64,000 bases of DNA. It comes from Blepharisma stoltei ATCC 30299. Its lineage: Eukaryota > Protista > Ciliophora. Within the stretch, counting starts at the first letter, position 1; each line of letters starts with the position of its first letter. The stretch spans positions 558,001 through 622,000 of the forward strand of contig CBFDEM010000057.1 of assembly GCA_965603825.1 (NCBI GenBank). The letters are read 5' to 3'. The notes under the pieces were generated by a model that saw only the letters and a list, made by a program, of their open reading frames with translations, did not search any database and was not told the DNA's origin. A program made the translations under genes and the position numbers. Shown here in pieces: positions 25,001 through 37,779 of the stretch.

Positions 25001-28000
25001 TTTGCTAGGAGTTACCTTAGATTCTCTGCCTCTCAAAGTGTCAGCTTCGCTTGGATATCATAGAATACTTATATATTTTCCAGAAATATGGATAATTACA
25101 TTGATAACTGGTGCAAACATCATATAGAAAAAATAATAGGGGAATTCAAAAAGTTTGGTTGAAATTCCATACATTGCGTAATCAGAAAAGCCAGAGTAAT
25201 CATATATAAATATAAAGGGGTAAAATATAAGGAGACTTCCACTTGAAATTATGATAAATAGCCACGTCCAATCATAAGTTTCGGATAAAATCACATAAGT
25301 GACTGTTTTAACTGCTAGTAAATATGCAGCTACTCCATTAGCATCTAATGATTGAGGAAACCCATCAACAGTAATTGCATTCATTATGCTGCCTTGCAAG
25401 AACCCAAAAAGCACTAAGCTATGCAAAATCGACGTAAAACTCCATTTCAAAAACACCTTAAAATTGAATAATTTCTTATAAATTCCATCCATATAAAGTG
25501 TAGGCCTGGAAAGAATAGCTTCTTTATCTAAATCTCTATCAAAGCTTCCTAGTACCACTATAGGCAAGGATGTAAAAATCACATTATAAAGTGTTGCAAG
25601 TCATGAGTCATAAAATGAAGTCCCACTATATAAATTTTCAAAACTGTAGTAAAAATTTGGTAAAACCAGCAAAAAATTCTTGTAAAAGGAATATAAGATT
25701 ACTTTGGAAACTCTGTTATAGTTTCATCTACCATGGACAAATAGAAGTGGCACTAAAAATGAAAATCTAGAAATTGCGTATTCACTTGTATTGGCTGCTT
25801 GCATTCCTTCTTTGCCTAATATCCCTACACCTATATGGGCTTCCTGGATCATAGAGACATCATTAGCTCCATCACCTATTGCAAGTGTCATAGGCCTAAA
25901 AGCCAGCTGCTTTTTAACCAATTTCACGATTTCAGACTTCTGTAATGGTGTTACTCTACACAGTATTACAGCATGGCATAATGTAGCCAGCATCATAAAA
26001 TATTTGACAGTGATAGAGTCGCTCAATATAAAGCCGAGTGTTTTTCCATCAATAATCAATCCCAAGTTTAAATTTTCTAAATTCGGGACTTTCAGCTCTC
26101 CTTCAAACTGTTCTTTATCATCAGACACAACTTGGTACCTTGTTCCTTTTCTTTTTTTATTCGGATTTATTGTATCGCCTGGAGTGTTATCAGTTACCAC
26201 TCGAATTTTATTGAGGACACTATTATGTCTATTTCTTTCTCCTTTTACGTATTTTGCTAAATTAGTCTTTATTTGCTGCTTGGATTCCTCCATTGTATTA
26301 GCAGAAATTTTCATAATTTCCATATCAGGATGTAAAAGTTTGCATGAATACCCTATATTAATAGCAGTTTCTTTTTTATCACCTGTTAAAACCCATACTT
26401 TTATGCCTCCTCCCATTAAAGTTTCTATGGCTTCTGGGACGCCTTCTTGGATTTTGTCTTCAATTGCAGCTGCTCCTATTAGTTCCATGTCTTTTTCGAA
26501 CTCTTCAGCAAGTTCGTCAAGTCTTGCAGCTTTATCAGAAAGGGCATTTTTAGCAGTGTTATAGCGGACTTGATAATCATTCGCTTCTTCAGGGCTAAGT
26601 TCACGGCGGCCTAATACAAGTGTTCTTAGCCCTGCCAAGGCGAATTCATCAAGATGCTCATTCAGTGTAATGATTTCTTTAGAAGTCCCAAGACACCTTT
26701 CAAGCATAACGCTATCAGCACCTTTACATAGTAAAATAGCATTTCTATTTCTTTCACTCATAGGTTCTACCACAATTGACATTCTTTTACGTTCAGAGCT
26801 GAACTCATTTATACCTAAAACTCGATATTCTAAGGTTTCTCCATTGACTCTGAGCGAAATTGAGTCATTTTTATAAGCAATTAAAGAGTATCCGAAACAG
26901 TGAGCAGCTATAACTAAAGCTTCTTCATCTGGGGAAGAGGCTTGAAATAAAGGTTCTCCATCATAATCAAAATCTGGATTCACTGTATTGCAAAGTGCTA
27001 AGAGTTCAAAAAAATCCCCAATTTCCCTTTTTTTCGATTTTTGGAGGTCTTCTAATAAGTCTGGGTCTCAAAATTCGAATTTCTTATGAGGGTTGATTTG
27101 GCTTTTTTTAAATGTGTCCTGCTCTTCGTTAAATCCATATGATGTGCCTTTTATTGAGCATCTTTTGAATTCCATGATATTTTCTGTCAAAGTGCCTGTT
27201 TTGTCAGCAAAAATATACTCAATTTGGCCTAAATCTTCATTTAAGTCACCAGTTTTTACGATTGTAGGCTGGTCTAACTCATCGTAATACATAGAAATGT
27301 CCCATTGTATGATTTTTGATTGGATTATTTTTACGACATCAAGAGTTACATATAGAGATATTGGTACCAAACTGTTGTACAGGATCAAAAAGGTAATACA
27401 TACTATTGGAGAGAGTTTATAGGAATCTCCGGAAAAATAGCTGAGTTCATCTGATTGAGTATAAGAAAGAGTTAGTGAAATTGCTGTGTCAAGAAAAGCG
27501 ATCGCAAAGAGAAATGTAAAAACGATTATCAGATAGCTATTGATCCTTTTCTCCACATTGCTGACTTTATGTGGAGGATGCTTAATATTTTTCATCAATT
27601 TTGTATCATTTCCTGTAAAAACTACCAGCCCAATAATCCATGGGGTATTTTTCAAGGTGCTTCCTCTCAATATCATATTTGATAAATCTACAGGATTCGC
27701 TCTTGGATGGCCTTTCAGTTTAAGCCACCCTTCAAAAGAATGCAGTCTGTTATTAGGCTGCTCAGTTTTCAGTAGCCCATCTTCTATTATATGCATATTT
27801 TTCATGGCTTCTAATGCTGTATTTCCTTCCATTATGCTTGAAATATCATTTACGCATTTTTTTATCTTTAAACTGTCTTCTCCATCCAACCCAGTGGTTT
27901 CAATATAACAGCTTTTTTCAGGCAAACTTGAGACTAAAAGCAGCAAATCAGCTGGGACATGGACTTCTCCTTCCAATAAAACAATGTTCCCGACCCTTAA

Positions 28001-28402
28001 ATCCATTCATTTAGATTCTATGAATTTCCCAGCTGTGTTTTCTCATCTTTTTGCAATTCTGTTATTTATTTTTCGGTCCATGGCATGACGGCGATAGTCT
28101 AGATACCCATCTTTGAATAGTGAGACTGACAAGACTAAGGAAAGAGGTGCAATTGTGGCTCAGTTTGAAGTTGGAGATAACCCAAATGGTAAAAGTTGAA
28201 AAATCGAGACAATTAAAAATCAAATGTTGGCTACCCTATTGAATTGTTCAAATAAGTTTTTTGGGACTAGAGAAAATACGGTATATTTGCCTGAGGTAAT
28301 AAAATTGTTGGGAAATGCTGTAGGCTCGCAAGCTTTGCCGCCTTCTATTTTAATTTGTCGAAATTCTGCAGAAGAACTGTCAATAAATGCTGCATCTGCC
28401 AT
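22076..28402 (-). CDS. Bifunctional P4-ATPase (flippase)-guanylyl cyclase, alveolate GC type, about 2108 aa
   Basis: Eight ORF pieces in one minus frame, joined through TGA. P4 motifs PISLYVT, DKTGTLTEN, SPDEEALV, GDGANDVSMIQEA and HGRW(TGA)NY. These are followed by two TM blocks, each with a class III cyclase domain (KIETVNKTY..GDTVNTASRM and ADIVGFT..KVHTIGDCY). Confidence 0.93.
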
Positions 28403-28654
28403 TTAAAAGTTTTGATTAATTATTTTATAAGAAGTTTGTAATTTAAAATTTCACAAAATTTGAAGGGATTTGCATTTGTGAATTAATTGTAAATAGGACA
28501 ATATGAATTTGACAATTTTATTAAATATTAAAAATATGATCATTTCCTTTAATATTTGCTAATTTATCATATAATTGTAAAAAATTATGAAAAATGCATT
28601 AAGGTTTTTTAAATATTTTTATATTATAAAAGTTTAAGTAATAACCTAGACATA

Positions 28655-29275
28655 TTAAGCAAGCTCATCCTCTATAAAATGAGAAGTTGCATTTATCCTT
28701 TCAAGAGATAAGAATGGGCTACTGTTGTTATCCTTTCTCTTATCCTCTTTATCTTCTGAAGTTTTAGCTTTAAGTTCTGCCAACCTTTCCTCAATTTCTC
28801 TTTTTTCTTTATTTTTTAGAATTCTCAGCTCACTTGGATCCATATTCCTGGTAACTGGGACTGGTGTGAACAAATAAGTGTGGTCTTGTGGAAAAGGAGG
28901 TAGAAAATTAGGGATATTTTCATCGTTATAGAAAACATCTATTTCTTCTTGAGGTGATAGACGAGGGACAATTGGGAATTTTATATTTTCACGGCAAAAA
29001 GGAATGTCAGCTATCTGATTTGTAAGAAAGTGTTGGAGCTGCTCTTTGTTAGTCTGAAGGACATCTAATGCTCTAGATGTGTCAAAAATATTACACTCTG
29101 TACGACCTGTGTGTTCAGCAATTAATTTGGCTCGAAGACCTATTTTTTCGATTAAAAGCTCTGTTACTTCTTCAAGGGTGTCTAAGGCTTGACTGGATAT
29201 GCTGGAAAATCCCATTTCTTGGGCAAGTTGGCATAGAGCAAGTTTGCCAATTTGTCGCTTGTAATCTTCAGACAT
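28655..29275 (-). CDS. TAF8: TFIID subunit 8 (Bromo_TP histone fold + TAF8 C-terminal motif)
   Basis: MGFSSISSQALDTL..AEHTGRTECN and IPNFLPPFPQDHTYLFTPV. Confidence 0.88.
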   Translation of the reverse strand: MSEDYKRQIGKLALCQLAQEMGFSSISSQALDTLEEVTELLIEKIGLRAKLIAEHTGRTECNIFDTSRALDVLQTNKEQLQHFLTNQIADIPFCRENIKFPIVPRLSPQEEIDVFYNDENIPNFLPPFPQDHTYLFTPVPVTRNMDPSELRILKNKEKREIEERLAELKAKTSEDKEDKRKDNNSSPFLSLERINATSHFIEDELA

Positions 29276-29782
29276 TTTAATATTGGGGATTTGTATTTAG
29301 CGGGTATAAGCGATTTTTGATATACATCAATTTTCTTTTATCTGGTTTAAGAATTTTTAAAATTAGCTTATTATTGAGATGCAGCATAAAATTGTCTCAC
29401 TGCCTCTCTAGTTGTTGAGTGGTAGTTTGATTACAATACAGAGTTGTTAAATGGAAAAAATATCTGAAGTCCTATTATCATCATAAGAATATTTTGAGCA
29501 TTTTAAAAAATATAATAAATTACTCGACTTGCTAGGAAATTATTAATAAAGGAAAAAAGAATCACACATTAATAAATCGCTGATGTTGGCTAAATATAAA
29601 ATTACAAGTATTTATTTCATATTATAAAGAATATTTCAGTATTTTAGGTAAATAGAAATACAAACTATGATTTTAAGGTAAATAGCTCAAGCAAAACCGA
29701 AAAAGCTACTTTTTAAGTTATAATTAGTAATCTATTTAATAACTGAGTATTAGTAAAAGATTTCATGATGTCATAAAAATTA

Positions 29783-31156
29783 ATGATCGATTTAGCTATT
29801 GTATTGCTATGAACTGTTTGCTTCTTTTATTTATACACAAGCTATGGATTCCTATATATTATTGGCTGAAGCATTATTACATGGGCAACTCTGAACTGGA
29901 TGCCTTTATTATTCGGCTACGAAAGGGTAAGTGGATCAGACGGAATTTGGCTTCTTGACTCTCCTACAAACAAAATGTTCATCACAAGCATAGGGATATT
30001 AGAAAGGATCACTGCAGACCAGATGAAAGATATTGTTAGAGCTTCCCATGAGTCTGAATCTCGTGCTAAGAAAGTAATAAAATTATTATTTTGAAGATTT
30101 TATTGAAAAAAAGATAAAAATTACAATTTCGATAACCATTTTGAAACAATTTCAAACAAAATGGATAAAAATGATTTTCAGCAACTTGTGAACTCTTTAG
30201 TCACTAAAGAACTTGACCCGAAGCATCCTCCACACAAAGTTATTTTTGTAGAGAATTATGAAAACGACTCTTCAGCATTTATTCTAAGATTTCATCATGC
30301 TTTTGCAGATGGATTATCAATGGTTTCTAGAGTTGTTTGGCCAAGTGATGAAGGATCAGATAAGATCTTTTTCCAACCTCCGAGACCTACATTTTTAAAA
30401 AGTATTTTTCTATGGACTTTGGCAGTGATATCGCTGCCTTATTCTGTAATTTCTTTGGCTCTGCTTAAAATGAATAAAAATAAACTTCATGGAATGCCGT
30501 TGACAGGGAAAAAGACAATGTACTGAACAAATGATATAAACTTTTCTGATGTAGGTGCTATATGCAAAAAAAGAAAAATTACTTTTAATGATTTCCTGAC
30601 TGCCAGTGTTATTCAAGCATTAAATGAGTATGCTGGATGCGACTTAGGAGAACTGGTTAGCTATATTCCATTTAGCTTACGAGGTCAGCCGACAGATGGG
30701 ACTTGCTTACCATTAGAAAACGATTTTGCTGCTTTGCTTGTTAGGCTGCCTAAAGGAGATTTTGAAACTCTACTAAATAAATGCTCAAGTCTCTTCAATA
30801 AGCTTAAAAGCTCTTTACAGCCATTCTCTATTATGCTTGCTATGAAATTAATGGGGAAAATATTACCTCCTTCTTTATCAAAACAAATTATGTATTTTTT
30901 TGCGAATAAGGCAACACTTTTATTTTCCAATGTGCCTGGACCAAAGAAAGAGGTGAGATATAAAGGAAAATTAATGAGAAGAGTAATAAGCATGAGCCCT
31001 ACAATTGGAACTAGTGGGATTTCTATTACATCTTTTAGCTATAATGGGTACTTTTTAGTAACTTGTTATGCTGATGTTGCAGCAATGCCTGATGTGCAAG
31101 CATTCATCAAGATCGTGGAGAAAAATATCTTAGAAGAAATTAGCACCTTAAAATAA
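29783..31156 (+). CDS. Wax ester synthase/diacylglycerol acyltransferase (WS/DGAT) family, N-terminal TM, about 457 aa
   Basis: Catalytic HHAFADG, plus TFND, PFSLR and SNVPGP. Frame is continuous with TGA=Trp. Confidence 0.85.
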
Positions 31157-31271
31157 TTATTCTTAATAATAAAGCAATTATTTTTTGTAAATATAATTAT
31201 TAAAACTAGTATTAAGCTTATAAACTTATAAACATATTAAATGGTATTATTTATTTAATTAATATGCATTT

Positions 31272-33908
31272 TTAAAAATCAGCCATCCTTATTTCTTTTT
31301 CAGCAATAAGTTCCCATTTTTCATCCATTTCTAGCAATAAATAAAATTCTTTTAGCCAAGGATGCCTTCTTATGGCTTGGTGAACTATTGTTTCTTTGAT
31401 ATTTTCATTTGAATTATTAATATAAATTCTTCAGAGATCAATATAATCTGGATCCAATTTAATGTTTCTTGATAAATTAAGTAAAAATTTTGGTAATATT
31501 TTCATGCCTAATAATTGGAACTTCGGGTTGTTTATAATTAACTTCATATGAAATGGGCTGAAATGTGTAATTTTTTTGATATCATTAAAGATCAAAAATT
31601 TTGGATTTGAGTAAAAATTAAGGAAAAAGGAGAAAAATAATGGATTTTTAGGGAAAGACTGGAAACTCCGTAAGGCTGGATTCATGTATAATTGAGCAGA
31701 TAATATTAATCTTTGTATGTTTTTTGCATAGAGTAGTAGCAAAATGTTGTTTGAGAAAAAGTATTCATCTGATAATCCTTTGCATATAGAGGTTTCACAC
31801 ATATTTTCAGATTTAAAGCTATCAAACTCGTTTAATGAAGATTCAAACCCTTCAGTTCCATAAATAAATCACTGTATAAGAGATAAAGCAATGCTAGTTA
31901 AGGAAGGAATTCAGTTTTTTTCTGCTGGGCTTGATATCAATTTTTTCAGTTTTATTTTGCATGACAAAGAAGCTAACTCCTTTATGGATTCGATTGGGAC
32001 ATTTAAAATTTCAGATTGGATTAATTTGCATGCTTCAATTAAGGGTATTTTCATATCAAAAATTTGATATAAAAAATATTGGTGAACACAAAACAGCTTT
32101 TCATGTTCTGAAATTTCGCCAAATTTTAAGATAGTTCTATATAATTTCTCTGCTTTTATTGGCTGACTTCTTCTTAAACTTTCAGTATACGCCATTCAAT
32201 ATGCTAATGAATTTGATTTTTTAAGCAAAATTTTGGTCAAATTGTCTTCATTCAATTTATTTTCGATCAAAATTAGAAGAATCCCTAAGTCCTCTGTAAA
32301 TATTTGAGTAAATTGCGTGGACCTTTCAAGGATTCTCTTAGCAAAGCTTAATTTTTGCTTATCATTTAAACTTAGAACTGGAAGTCAAAAAATTGGTTTT
32401 ATTTCCGTTTCTTCTCTTTCCATATTGCTTTTCTTTTGGCAGTTTGTACATGATATTTTAGGGATACCAAGAAATTCCAAAAAATTTTCAATAATTTTTT
32501 TCTTATGAATTACTGGAAACTCTATAGGAATTAAATAATCACAAATATCATCATAAAATACAACTCCTTCTGGAGACTTCTCAGCTTGCTCTTTATCTAA
32601 AATCGTTCTAAGAGGTAGCCAATTATTTTCATAATCACTTAACTTGTCATTAATCAGCATCTTATGAATTTCATTTTGAGTATAATTTTCATAGTTGTTT
32701 CAGCCTATAGGGACTTTAGTATCCCCAACTCTTGGTAATTCGGAATCCCAATATTCTTCAAATGAGCCTGCTCTATTTCCAAATACATAAAATTCAGCCA
32801 AAGCTTGATAAATCCCAATCGATCTCTCATAGTATCCGCTCATTCATTCAACTTCAATTACTTTGGCCATAATTTCAATAAAAATATCAATTTTTGTTAA
32901 ATCAGGCTCACTCATCAAGTCTTTTATCCCTTGACTGATTATTTCCCTAAAGTTTGTCATAGAAAATTTTGAAAAATTAGACAAAATAAAATAAAAATAA
33001 TTGCTTCATAGTTCTCTGCTATCAGGCTTTTGCCTTAAATACTCTTTTCACATATAAACTAATTCAGAGTTTGCAAGCTCATTTTCTCCGATTTCTTTTA
33101 TGTTTTCATGATCATAAAGCAGCTTTTCTTCAAAGATTTCTAAATGTTTTAAAATCAGGTTTAAATTTGTTTCAGTTGAAACTTCTTTCAAGGCCTTATT
33201 TATTATTGAAAGTTCTTTTTCGATTGTAGATTTTTTATTTCCGAAAGCCTGTCTTTGATATTTCAAGTACTCGATTCATAAACTTGGATCAGTAGGGTTT
33301 TCTGATAATTTTTCATTAAACATTTTTATTGTTTCATGTATTTTTGCTTCTTCATTTTCCTGTTTAATTTCAATTGGTTCTATAGGAATATACTCTTTTG
33401 TGCATAAATTACATGCTTTTGGAATTTTAATTGACCCTTTTGGCTTGATTTCAAAATATCTCTTTTTTGTGTGCTTTTCTTGACTTTTGCTGATCCCAAG
33501 ATAATAATCAAGCTCTTCTCTTACCTCTTTGGCTTCCTTATACTGATTTTCTCCAATAACTTTGATTGATCTGCATCTTTTAAATCTAGGGACTTTTGAT
33601 AAATTTGGGATATAATATTTTGCGCTTTCATAGTCCCCAACTCTATCAGGATCTCATTTAAGTATAATAAAAGCTTCTCCTTTTTCATATATTGTGTGCT
33701 CTTCATTAGCTTCGTTTTGGATTTTCCTGATTGATTTATTTTTTGATATTTTTATTTTCTTTACAGGCTTTTTTTCAATAAGATCAACTTGTTTTTCCTC
33801 TTCATCATCAAAGAAGTCTTCTGCTGTTGGGCGTTTTTCTTGCGTTTTCTGGGGCGACTCTTGCAAAATAGGAAACAAAGGAGCTGAATTCCATCTATTA
33901 AACTGCAT
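31272..33908 (-). CDS. NRDE2: NRDE-2 family HAT-repeat protein (nuclear RNAi/exosome/splicing factor), about 878 aa
   Basis: SGYYERSIGIYQALAEF..FEEYWDSELPRVGD and C-terminal RRHPWLKEFY..AEKEIRM. Single minus frame ending at TAA 31272-31274. Confidence 0.8.
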
Positions 33909-34168
33909 AAATAAAATTTATATAAAAGCTATAATTTTATTTCTATTAATATTTTAATGCTTTAATATTTATATATCCTGAATATCCAAATAAAATTATA
34001 TATAAAATTTATATATATATCAAAATACCTGCTGTGTTGTTTTACTTCTGATGTCATAAAGATGTAAAATATACTATCCTCTCTTTATAATACCCTTATC
34101 ATCAATATTTTCTTAGTAACTTCCAATATAAATTAACTTTTTTATCTACGTCATCACAATAAATAGAA

Positions 34169-36130
34169 ATGTCACTAGATCGCCACATCCTTTCTTTCTT
34201 AAGAGCGCTAGTTTCTTCACGAGAGCGAAAAGTTGCGACAGCTGGCGTAGTCATAGGCATCCTTTACCTTTTAAATTGGAGTCAGCGCAAAACATCAGCA
34301 AAAATCTCCCTTGGCCACCGAAGCAAAAAATCAAATAAAGGCACTGTGGATCTTGAGTTTTTCAAGCGTATAATTGAGCTAATAAAAATTGTAGTCCCAA
34401 GCTGGAGATCTCTGGAGATGTTTAATCTTGTGCTACTTAGTGCTTTATTAATTGCAAGAACTCTTCTCAGCATCTCTATATCAAGCGTCAACGGAAGAAT
34501 CGTAAAAGCAATTGTCACTCGAGATTTCAATTTGTTTATGAAAAGAGTAATTTTTACATAGATAATTCAATTAGCAATGTTTGCAATCCCTGCTTCAATG
34601 GTAAACAGTGGGCTTGACTATTTGAATCATAAGCTCGCTATTCAGTTTCGTGCGAAAATGGCTTATTATTTGAATCAAAAATACCTTACAGGACTGATTT
34701 ATTACCAAATGAGCAATCTTGATAACAGAATAGCTAACCCTGATCAAAGATTTACTCAGGATATCGACAAATGGGCATCTTGTCTTAGTAATTTGTATTC
34801 AAATATTACTAAACCTTGCTTAGATATATTTTTATTCAGTAGAAAACTATCAGACTTAGTAGGTGCTGAAGGACCTATTTTTATTATTGGCTGGTATTTT
34901 CTTTCAGGAATTATCATAAAATTCATAACGCCTCCATTTGGGCTTCTTACAGCTCAAGAGCAACAGAATGAAGGCTTATATCGAGCTTGCCAAAGTGATC
35001 TTGTCAACCATTCTGAAGAAATTGCTTTTTATCGAGGCAATGACTGGGAAAAACGAAGAATTAACAACACCCTAGATAAAATTGTAAAACACATCAATGA
35101 TATACTGACAAAAAGATTTTTCATGGGAACTTTTGATAGCATGCTTGTGAAATATGGAGCCACTATGACTTCTTATGGAGTCCTTGGACTGCCTGTATTT
35201 GGACCTAATAGAGAAAAATACTTCGCGAGGATAGGAAATGACCCAAGTTCTATTACCAGAGATTATATAAGAAATTCAAGTCTATTGATAAATTTAGCAA
35301 AAGCAATAGGAAGGCTGGTGGTATCTTATAAAGATTTGCAGTCTTTAGCTGGATATACCACACTTATTCATGAAGCAAAGGTGGTATTGGAAGATTTGGC
35401 GAATGGAAAGTATCAAAGGACGATGATGGAAGGAGCTGTTTATGACCAAAAGTCAAGGGGAACTTATATAATAGCTGATTACATTAAATTTGAAAATGTG
35501 CCTGTGGTATCACCTAATGGAGACCTTTTAATAGAAAGACTTTCTTTTACAATAAAGCCAGGCATGCACACCTTTATTCAAGGACCAAATGGATGTGGCA
35601 AATCTTCATTATTCAGAATTCTTGGCGAGCTTTGGCCATTATTTTCAGGGACTGTATATAAACCGCCTATGGAGCAGCTTTTTTATATCCCACAAAGGCC
35701 ATATTTACCACACGGAAGTCTCAGAGAGCAAATTATTTACCCACACTCTAGAGAGCAAATGGAAAAACTAGGTTATAATGATGAATATTTAGAAAATCTT
35801 ATGAGAATTGTGAGGCTAGAAGACATAATAGAAAAGAGAGGAGGGTTCGAGCAAGTTGAGGACTGGAATGATACTTTAAGTGGTGGCCAAAAACAAAAGG
35901 TCGCTATGTGTAGACTGTTATACCATAAGCCAAAATTTGCAATACTTGATGAATGCACAAGTGCAGTCAGTATGGATGTGGAAGGAAGCATTTATCAGCA
36001 TTATAAAGATAACGGCATTACACTGATTACTGTCTCACATAGAGAAAGCCTGCTGAAGTACCATAACCATATTTTGAAATTTGATGGTGAAGGCGGATGG
36101 AATTTCTATACAATTTTGCCAGATTCTTAG
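34169..36130 (+). CDS. Peroxisomal ABC half-transporter, ABCD family (PMP70/ALDP-like), about 648 aa, one 15-nt intron
   Basis: NPDQRFTQD, EEIAFYRG (EAA motif), Walker A GPNGCGKSS, LSGGQKQ and ILDECTSAVS. Intron at 34547-34561. Confidence 0.95.
34547..34561 (+). other. 15-nt spliceosomal intron gtaatttttacatag
   Basis: Removing it deletes an in-frame TAG and joins ..FMKR|IIQLAMFAIP. GT..AG with A at position 10. Confidence 0.92.
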
Positions 36131-36236
36131 AAATTCATAGTAAATAATGAAAATTAGTCTTGGTTTAAGAATATACGGTCTTTAAACTTATAAAATTAAG
36201 TATATATTTGCTATAGAATTAGGTCTATTGTAAAAT

Positions 36237-37646
36237 ATGGTTACTCGTGAAGAAGCAACTCGTATTCTTACAACACATAAAGCAGAACTGGAGAATATCA
36301 AGGAAAAAATTCATCAAAGCCTTTCACAATGTCAAAATTACGATAGAAAAGCATTGGAGCCACGCTTAACTAAAATTAAAGAGCGTATAGTATCAATTGA
36401 TTTATTCCTAAAAAACTTACCTGATAAAATTCATGAAAATGAAATCAAGAAGCTAAAAGGTAATAATATAATTAACTGGGTTTTGAAGTGAATTGCTGAA
36501 AAGAAAATTTTTGAAAATGATTCAAAAACCTTATCAGACCTTTTAAATGACAATATAAGAAAGCTTTATTCTCTAGAAAACAAACTTAATGAATTAATAA
36601 ATAAAAGCAAACCAACAAATTTTGAAGAAATAAAAATAGAAATTTGAAAAGAAATTGAAGATATTTCGGACTCTTTACATAGCGCTTTTCAAAGCCCCGG
36701 CCGCTTGAAATATTTAATTTTTTGAAATGATGTAGTTCGCCAGATTTATGAATATTTTTTGGGCAAAGGCAGAGAAATTCTCGAACTTTTTTATTCTTTC
36801 ATAGAGAAGTTCACAGTTGAAAAGAATTTTTTTTACAATATCGCCAGTCAAAAAAGAACACCTATGTTAGTAGTTAAATGAATAGAAAATCCAAGAACAA
36901 TTGAAAAATATTTGGGACCCATTTATCTAGATTCAGGATCTTGCATGCTAGAATTGCCAGATTCTGAGTTATTTTTGTATGGAAGTTCTCATCCAGTCAC
37001 AGGGAATTGTTGTATAATTAATATGAAAAATTATCAAATTAAAAAGATTTTGCCTCCTGGGACTCCATCATTTTATGGAGGAGTAGCTTATTATAAAAAT
37101 TCTGTCTATGTATTTGGAGGGAGATTTCCTCGAAAATTAACACATTATTCTTATGAATCAAATTGTGCAAGAAGATTTGATTTAATTAAAAACTTATGGT
37201 TTCAGCTTCCGCCCATGCCTGAAGGTAATTCTTTATCTTCTTGTATCACTTTTAAAGATTCAATATTATTTTCAGGAAAAGGAAATACTGAAATTATTAA
37301 GTATGATTTAATTATAGAAAGTTATTCCAAAATTTCAATTATACAATCAGCTTCTAATGGAAGTAAACTATTTTTAACAGATTCCCAAAGAATTTGGGTG
37401 ATTGAAAGTATTGGAAGAATTATAGAAAGTGAAATAGAGAACGAATATGTGTGAAAAATAATTGGTAGCTCAAAGTATAGCGCTTATCAGAATTATTTCG
37501 TTGCATTTATAAGTCAAGTTTTTTATATCAGTTTATTAACTTCAAGTGAAAGCTTCAAGTATTATAAATTTGACATAAATCAAAAAACAAAAGAATTTAT
37601 TGAAGATATTGGCATATTTGAGAGAAAAATATTTTTGCATGAGTAA
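36237..37646 (+). CDS. Coiled-coil + kelch-like beta-propeller protein (about 469 aa)
   Basis: YYKNSVYVFGG..RFDLIKNLWFQLPPMP kelch repeat. Frame is continuous through TGA to TAA 37644-37646. Confidence 0.7.
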
Positions 37647-37779
37647 AGCAATTAGTTTTTAAATAGCTTATTAAAAGATTTTATAAGATTGATTTTAAAA
37701 TGAATTTTTTAATAACTTCAACAAATAAATGTTATTTTCAGCAAAATTAAAAACTAAATATTTTTGATATAAAATAAAT

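Noticed and set aside
25791-26564. Long antisense ORFs (also 55649-56191, 48580-48954, 54958-55404, 61427-61858 and others)
   Set aside because: They are shadows on the opposite strand of well-supported genes, with Ser/Phe/Ile-rich composition and no motifs.
18747-28402. Functional cluster of two P-type ATPases (P5B and P4-GC, tail to tail)
   Set aside because: They belong to distant subfamilies and are not a local duplication. Adjacency alone is not evidence of a shared pathway.
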